From Chiloscyllium plagiosum (lineage: Eukaryota): a DNA stretch of 52,826 nt. Positions 47,790-52,826 of the stretch are shown one piece after another. Each line of letters begins with the position of its first letter. Positions within the stretch are counted from its first letter, which is position 1. The notes below the pieces were generated by a model. That model had not been told where the DNA came from, made no database searches, and worked only from the letters and a program-made list of their open reading frames with translations. Made by a program: the position numbers and the translations under genes. The stretch is taken from NCBI RefSeq assembly GCF_004010195.1, contig NC_057757.1:3481851-3534676 (forward strand). Reading direction: 5' to 3'.

Positions 47790-48079
47790 TTCCTCACAGG
47801 AATCTGCATGTTCAGTTCTTCACGTTTTGAGGCGTGGAGATCTCTCGTGATCCTTTCAGGTCCTAAAGGTGTTCTGCCAAAGCTCCCACATGGTGCAGAG
47901 GGATTGTATTTGCAGTGAAAGGGGAGGGAAGGCTAAACCAATCAGGCCACACTCACTTCTCATCTTCATCCCTGAGCCACAGATCTCCATCCTTGGTTAG
48001 GCCGAGATTCCGGTCTGAGATCCACGCCAGGCAGAATGGGAGGTTTGCTTTGATTTATTATTGTACTGAGATACAGTGA

Positions 48080-48492
48080 TTTACTCTGTATCCAACTCCT
48101 TTCATGGGAGTATTTGTTGGGTTTAGTGTAGAGGCATCTTTCCTCTGCATCTAACCCCATGCTGTCCCTGTCCTAGGAAGTGTTCGATGAGGGACAGTGT
48201 AGAGCATGCATTACTTTGTATCTAACCCCGTGCTCTCCCCGTCCTGGGGAGTGCTTGATAGGGGACAGTGTAGAAGGAGCTTTACTCTGTATCTCACCCC
48301 GTGCTGTCCCTGTCCTGCGAGTGTTTGATGGGGGACAGTGTAGAAGGAGCTTTACTCTGTATCTCATCCTGTACTGTCCCTGTCCTGGAGAGTGTTTGAT
48401 GGGGGATAGTGCAGAGGGAGCTTTACTCTGTATGTAATCCTGTGTTGTCCCTGTCCTGGGAGTGTTTGATGGGGGACAGTGTAGTGGGAGCT
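48080..48492. repeat. ~70-bp minisatellite block 1 (~6 copies)
   Basis: Unit CTGTATCTAACCCCGTGCTGTCCCTGTCCTGGGAGTGTTTGATGGGGACAGTGTAGAGGGAGCTTTACT. Confidence 0.95.
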
Positions 48493-48772
48493 TGTTGGGA
48501 AAAAGTAAATCTTGTGCAGCATCGTTTAAAACAAGTATCGAGGAGATGGGACCTTGAGCAATTAATTAGCTTTATCATGGCCGTGGTGAATACATCTTTG
48601 TTCAAGGACATCTGACACATTCCAATGAAATACACAAGTTATATCGTATAACACAAGCCCACTGGCCCTTAACTACGCAACCTCGGGGCAGTCGTAAGGT
48701 CCACGTACTTTGCCCGGACCTACATTTTTTAATATTTACAAAACTGAATGTTATCTGATACTGCACATTCAG

Positions 48773-48875
48773 CTCGGCTCAACAACCGATAAAGGACATA
48801 GAGACACAATACATCATCTATGAAGCAGAATGGTCTGAGGGGCCAGAGGTGCAGAGGGAACCATACCACTGCAAG
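48773..48875 (+). CDS. Candidate internal exon (SAQQPIKDIETQYIIYEAEWSEGPEVQREPYHCK)
   Basis: Unique spacer between satellite blocks. Acceptor ctgatactgcacattcAG, donor AAG|GTCAGG; only one frame is open (phase 2 to 0). Confidence 0.3.
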
Positions 48876-48954
48876 GTCAGGCTAGCAAAACAGACTTCCT
48901 CAGCCAGGCCTCACACAGCACTTTGCTAGCAAGCTACATCTTACTGCAAACATT

Positions 48955-49770
48955 GCTAACCCCTTACTGTCCCTGCACTGGGAGTGATTCACGGGGGACA
49001 GTGTAGAGGAGGCTTTGCTCTGTATCTAACCCAGTGCTTTCCCTGTCCTGGGAGTATTTGATGAGGACAGTGTAGAGGAAGCTTTACTCTGTATCTCACC
49101 CCATGCTGTGCCTGTCCTGGGAGTGTTTGATGGGTGAAATTGTCAAGGGAGCTTTACTCTGTATCTAACCCGGCTGTCCCTGCCCTGGGAGTGATTGATA
49201 GGGGACAGTGTAGAGAGAGCTTTACTCTGTATCTAACCCCGTGCTGTCCCTGTCCTGGGGAGTGTTTTATGGGGGACAATGTAGAGGGAGCTTTGCTCTG
49301 CATTTAACCCTGTTCTGTCCCTGTCCTGGGGAGTGTTTGATAGAGGACAGTGCAGAGGAAGCTTTATTCTGTCTCTAACCCCGTGATGTCCCTGTCCTGG
49401 TAGTGTTTTATGGGGTCAGTGTAGAGGAAGCTTTATTCTGTCTCTAACCCCGTGCTGTCCCTGTCCTGGTGAGAATTTGATGGGGGGACAGTGTAGAGGA
49501 AGCTTTACCCTGTATCTAACTCCTGCTGTCCCTGTCCTGGGAGTGTTTGATGGGGGACAGTGTAGAGAGAGCTTTACTCTGTCTCTAACCCTGTGCTATC
49601 CCTGTCCTGGGAATGTTTGATGGGGGGACAGTGCAGAGGGAGCTTTACCATGCATCTAACCCCGTGCTGTCCCTGTCCTGGGAGTGTTTGATGGGGGACA
49701 GTGTAGAGGGAGCTTTACTCTGTATCTAACCCCGTGCTGTCCCTGCCCTGAGAGTGATTGAGACGGGACA
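48955..49770. repeat. ~70-bp minisatellite block 2 (~11.5 copies)
   Basis: Same unit as 48080-48492. Confidence 0.95.
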
Positions 49771-50923
49771 CTGGTTAAAGTTGTGGTGTTACTCGAACAT
49801 TTTCTAGAACGATCTGCATGGGAACATGGAGGAAAACCAAATAAGACACAACAAAATGAGGTCAGCAGGAAGGCAAGTGAAAGCCCACAGACAAAATGTG
49901 TTCTGCGGCAAGACTCAACAGATCGTGGTTTTGTTTATGTACATTTGCTTCCAGCTCACTGTAGGCAAAGAAATCCCTGACCTGTGCTGTCTGATGGCTG
50001 CTGCTACTGCGTCTTGTCTGAATGTGTCATCTGGCTGTATCAGCATGTGATCCTGTGTCTGTGTATTCCTCCTGGTGATAGTTACAGCCCATAAATAAAA
50101 ATCTAGCAGCCAACCTTAAGGTCCCTGTGGGTTTAACTCCTCCCTGTTGGTTCCTGCGTGTAGATCTAATCTGCACGGTACACATTCCAATACCTCTTCA
50201 TCTTGGACACAGGAATCTCACCCTGTTCATTTCACCCATCCCACACCCTGTTCCTGATGTGCTGTGGAATCTAAAGCCTTGTCCCAAGTTTTATCAATGC
50301 GCCATTCTATCTGGGTGCATTTTGGCAAGGCAACTGGATTACTCCCGGTGCTGCGAGCTACCGAGGGTAGGAATAAGAGGATAGAGCAGACGAATGCACA
50401 GCTGAGGAGCTGGTGTTTAGGAGGAGGATTCACATTTTTGGATCATTGGATTCTCTTCTGGGGTAGAAGTGACCTGTATAAGAAGGACGGATTGCACCTG
50501 AATTGCAGGGGGAGTAATATACTGGTAGGGAGATTTGCAAGAGCTGCTTTGGAGGATTTAAACTATTAAGTTGGGGGGAAGGGACCCAATGGGATAGGAA
50601 AGAGATCAATCTGAGACTGGTACAGTTGATAAAAGAAGCAATTCAAACTGTCAGGGCAGGCAGGGACAAAGCAGAGAACAAGGTAGGACTGATAAATTGA
50701 TCTGCATTTATTTCAATGCAAGAGGTCTAACAGGGAAGGCAGATGAACTCAGGGCATGGTTATAACATGGGACTGGGATATCATGGCAATTACAGAAACA
50801 TGGCTCAGAGATGGACAGAAATGGCAGCTTAATGTTCCAGGACACAAATGCTACAGGAAGGATAGAAAGGAAGGCAAGAGTGGAGGGGGAGAGGTGTTTT
50901 TGATAAATGATAGCATTACAGCT

Positions 50924-51128
50924 ATTGAGAGTATGTTGCCGGAAAAGCACAGCAGGTCAGGCAGCATCCGAGGAGCAGGAAAATCGACTTTCAGGCCTCA
51001 TTCCTGATGAAGGGCTCCTGCCCGAAACGTCGTTTTTCCTACTCCTTAGATGATGCCTGACCTGCTGTGCTTTTCCAGCAACACACTCTCAACTCTGATC
51101 TCCAACATCTGCAGACCTCACTGTCTCC
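50924..51128 (+). mobile_element. 205-bp fold-back Penelope-derived insertion
   Basis: 13-bp TSD TAGCATTACAGCT (50911-23, 51129-41). Inverted arms at ~50925-50996 and ~51020-51092. Confidence 0.85.
51004..51031 (+). ncRNA. Minimal hammerhead ribozyme motif (family 1)
   Basis: CTGATGA-A-GGGC(tcct)GCCC-GAA-ACGT-C. Confidence 0.7.
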
Positions 51129-52520
51129 TAGCATTACAGCTGTACTGAGGGAGGATATTCCCGGAAATACATCCAGGGAAGTTATTTGGGTGGAACTGAG
51201 AAATAAGAAGGGGATGACCACCTTATTGGGATTGTATTATAGACCCCCTAATAGTCAACGGGAAATTGAGAAACAAATTTGTAAGGAGATTTCAGTTATC
51301 TGTAAGAATAATAGGGTGGATATGGATGGGGATTTTAACTTTCCAAACATAGACTGGGACTGCCATAGTATTAAGGGTTTAGATGGAGAGGAATTTGTCA
51401 AGGGTGTACAAGAAAATTTTCTGATTCATTATGTGGATGTACAAAACTTGACCTACTCTTGGGAAATAGGGAAGGCCAGGTGACTGAGGTGTCAGTGGGG
51501 GAGCACTTCAGGGCCAGTGACCATAATTCTATTCGTTTTAAAATAGTGATGGAAAAGGATAGACCAGATGTAAAAGTTGAAGTTCTAAATTGGAGAAAGG
51601 CTAATTTTGATGGTATTAGGCAAGCACTTTCAAAAGCTGATTGGGTGCAAATGTTTGCAGGTAAAGGGATGGCTGGAAAATGGGAAGCCTTCAGAAATGA
51701 GATAACAAGAATCCAGAGAAAGTATATTCCTGTCAGAGTGAAAGGGAAGGCTGGTAGGTATAGGGAATGCTGGATGACTAACGAAATTGAGGGTTTGGTT
51801 AAGAAAAAGAAGGAAGCATATGTCAGGTATAGCCAGGATTGATCGAGTGAATTCTTAGAAGAGTATAAAGAAAGTAGGAGGGAAATCAGGAGGGCAAAAC
51901 GGGGACATGAGATAGCTTTGGTAAATAGGGTTAAGGAGAATCCAAAGGGGTTTTACAAATACATTAAGGACAAAAGAGTATCTAGGAAGAGAATAGGGCC
52001 CCTCAAAGATCAGCAAGGCGGCCTTTGTGTGGAACCGCTGGAGATGGGGAGATACTAAACGAGTATTTTGCATCAGTGTTTACTGTGGAGAAGGACATGG
52101 AAGATATAGAATGTGGGGAAATAGATAGTGACATCTTGAAAAATGTCCATATTACAGAGGAGGAAGTACTGGATGCCTTGAAACGGATAAAAGTGGATAA
52201 GTCCCCAGGACCTGATCAGGTGTACCCAAGAACTCTGTGGGAAGCTATGGAAGTGATTGCTAGGCCTCTTGCTGAGATATTTGTATCATTGATAGCCACA
52301 GATGAGATGCCAGAAGACTGGAGGTTGGCTAATGTGGTGCCACTATTTAAGAAGGGTGGTAAGGACAATCCAGGGAACTATAGACCTGACGTGGAGGGCA
52401 CGTTGTTGGAGGGAATCCCGAGGGACAGGATGTACATGTATTTGGAAAGGCAAGGATTGATTAGGAATAGTCAACATGGCTTTGTGCGTGCGAAATCATG
52501 TCTCACAAACTTAATTGAGT

Positions 52521-52810
52521 AACCTTAACCAAGTCCCTAACCCTGACTCTGATCCTTACCCTAACCCTGACTCTGACCCTAACCCTAACCCTGACTCTGA
52601 CCCTAACCCTAACCCTGACTCTGACCCTAACCCTGACCCTAACTCTGACCCTAACCCTAACCCTGACTCTTACCCTAACCCTGACCCTAACTCTAACCCT
52701 GGACCCTAACCCTAACCCTGACCCTGACCATGACCCTAACCCTAACCCTAACCCTGACCCTCACCCTGACCCTGACCCTAATCCTAACCATGACCCCAAC
52801 CCTAACCCTA
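52521..52810 (-). repeat. Telomeric/variant repeat array (C-rich on + strand), ~48 hexamers
   Basis: CCCTAA interspersed with CCCTGA, CTCTGA, CCATGA, CCCTCA and CCCCAA. Confidence 0.95.
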
Positions 52811-52826
52811 GGCATAAGCCTAGCTC

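Larger units (their letters stand above)
50335..52520 (+). mobile_element. CR1-type LINE: ORF1 SGNH-esterase C-terminus, ORF2 AP endonuclease and RT N-terminus, 3'-truncated
   Basis: ORF1 LYKKDGLHLN. ORF2 YFNARGL, AITETWL, YRPP, GDFNFP, SDHN, KSPGPD, SQHGF. Frameshifts and stops present; ends at CLTNLIE. Confidence 0.95.

Noticed and set aside
17415..49770. Regular tandem arrays as possible CRISPR
   Set aside because: No unique spacers and no cas genes; vertebrate minisatellites.
52515..52709. PNPDSD-repeat ORF
   Set aside because: Translation of telomeric hexamers.

Overview
Repeat-dense vertebrate DNA, almost certainly from a shark or other elasmobranch. It has about 20 copies of the elasmobranch V-SINE HE1 and many decayed fragments of CR1-type LINEs (HER1-like). 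It also holds Penelope-like element (PLE) pieces, Rex1/Babar and Tx1-like LINE fragments, a second tRNA-SINE family, a DeuSINE remnant, one TA-flanked MITE, a probable LTR, several minisatellites, two assembly gaps and a variant telomeric array at the right edge. I could not identify any host protein-coding gene. Nearly all ORFs in the track are TE remnants, and only three weak, unassigned exon candidates are reported. The most interesting signal is a set of minimal hammerhead-ribozyme motifs in at least two, probably three, PLE families. Their helix II covaries between families, and a palindromic ACGU or AGCU replaces helix III. Some sit in very small non-coding insertions with clean target-site duplications (129 bp, and a 205 bp fold-back). 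Other points of note: a putative non-autonomous Rex1/Babar-tailed element with a YY1-like head; HE1 SINEs turning into a 53-bp satellite; a decayed tRNA-Thr gene; an NBRE-rich minisatellite; and an inward-pointing telomeric array that truncates a LINE. Family names come from my recognition of the sequence, not from a database search. TE boundaries are approximate unless a TSD is given.
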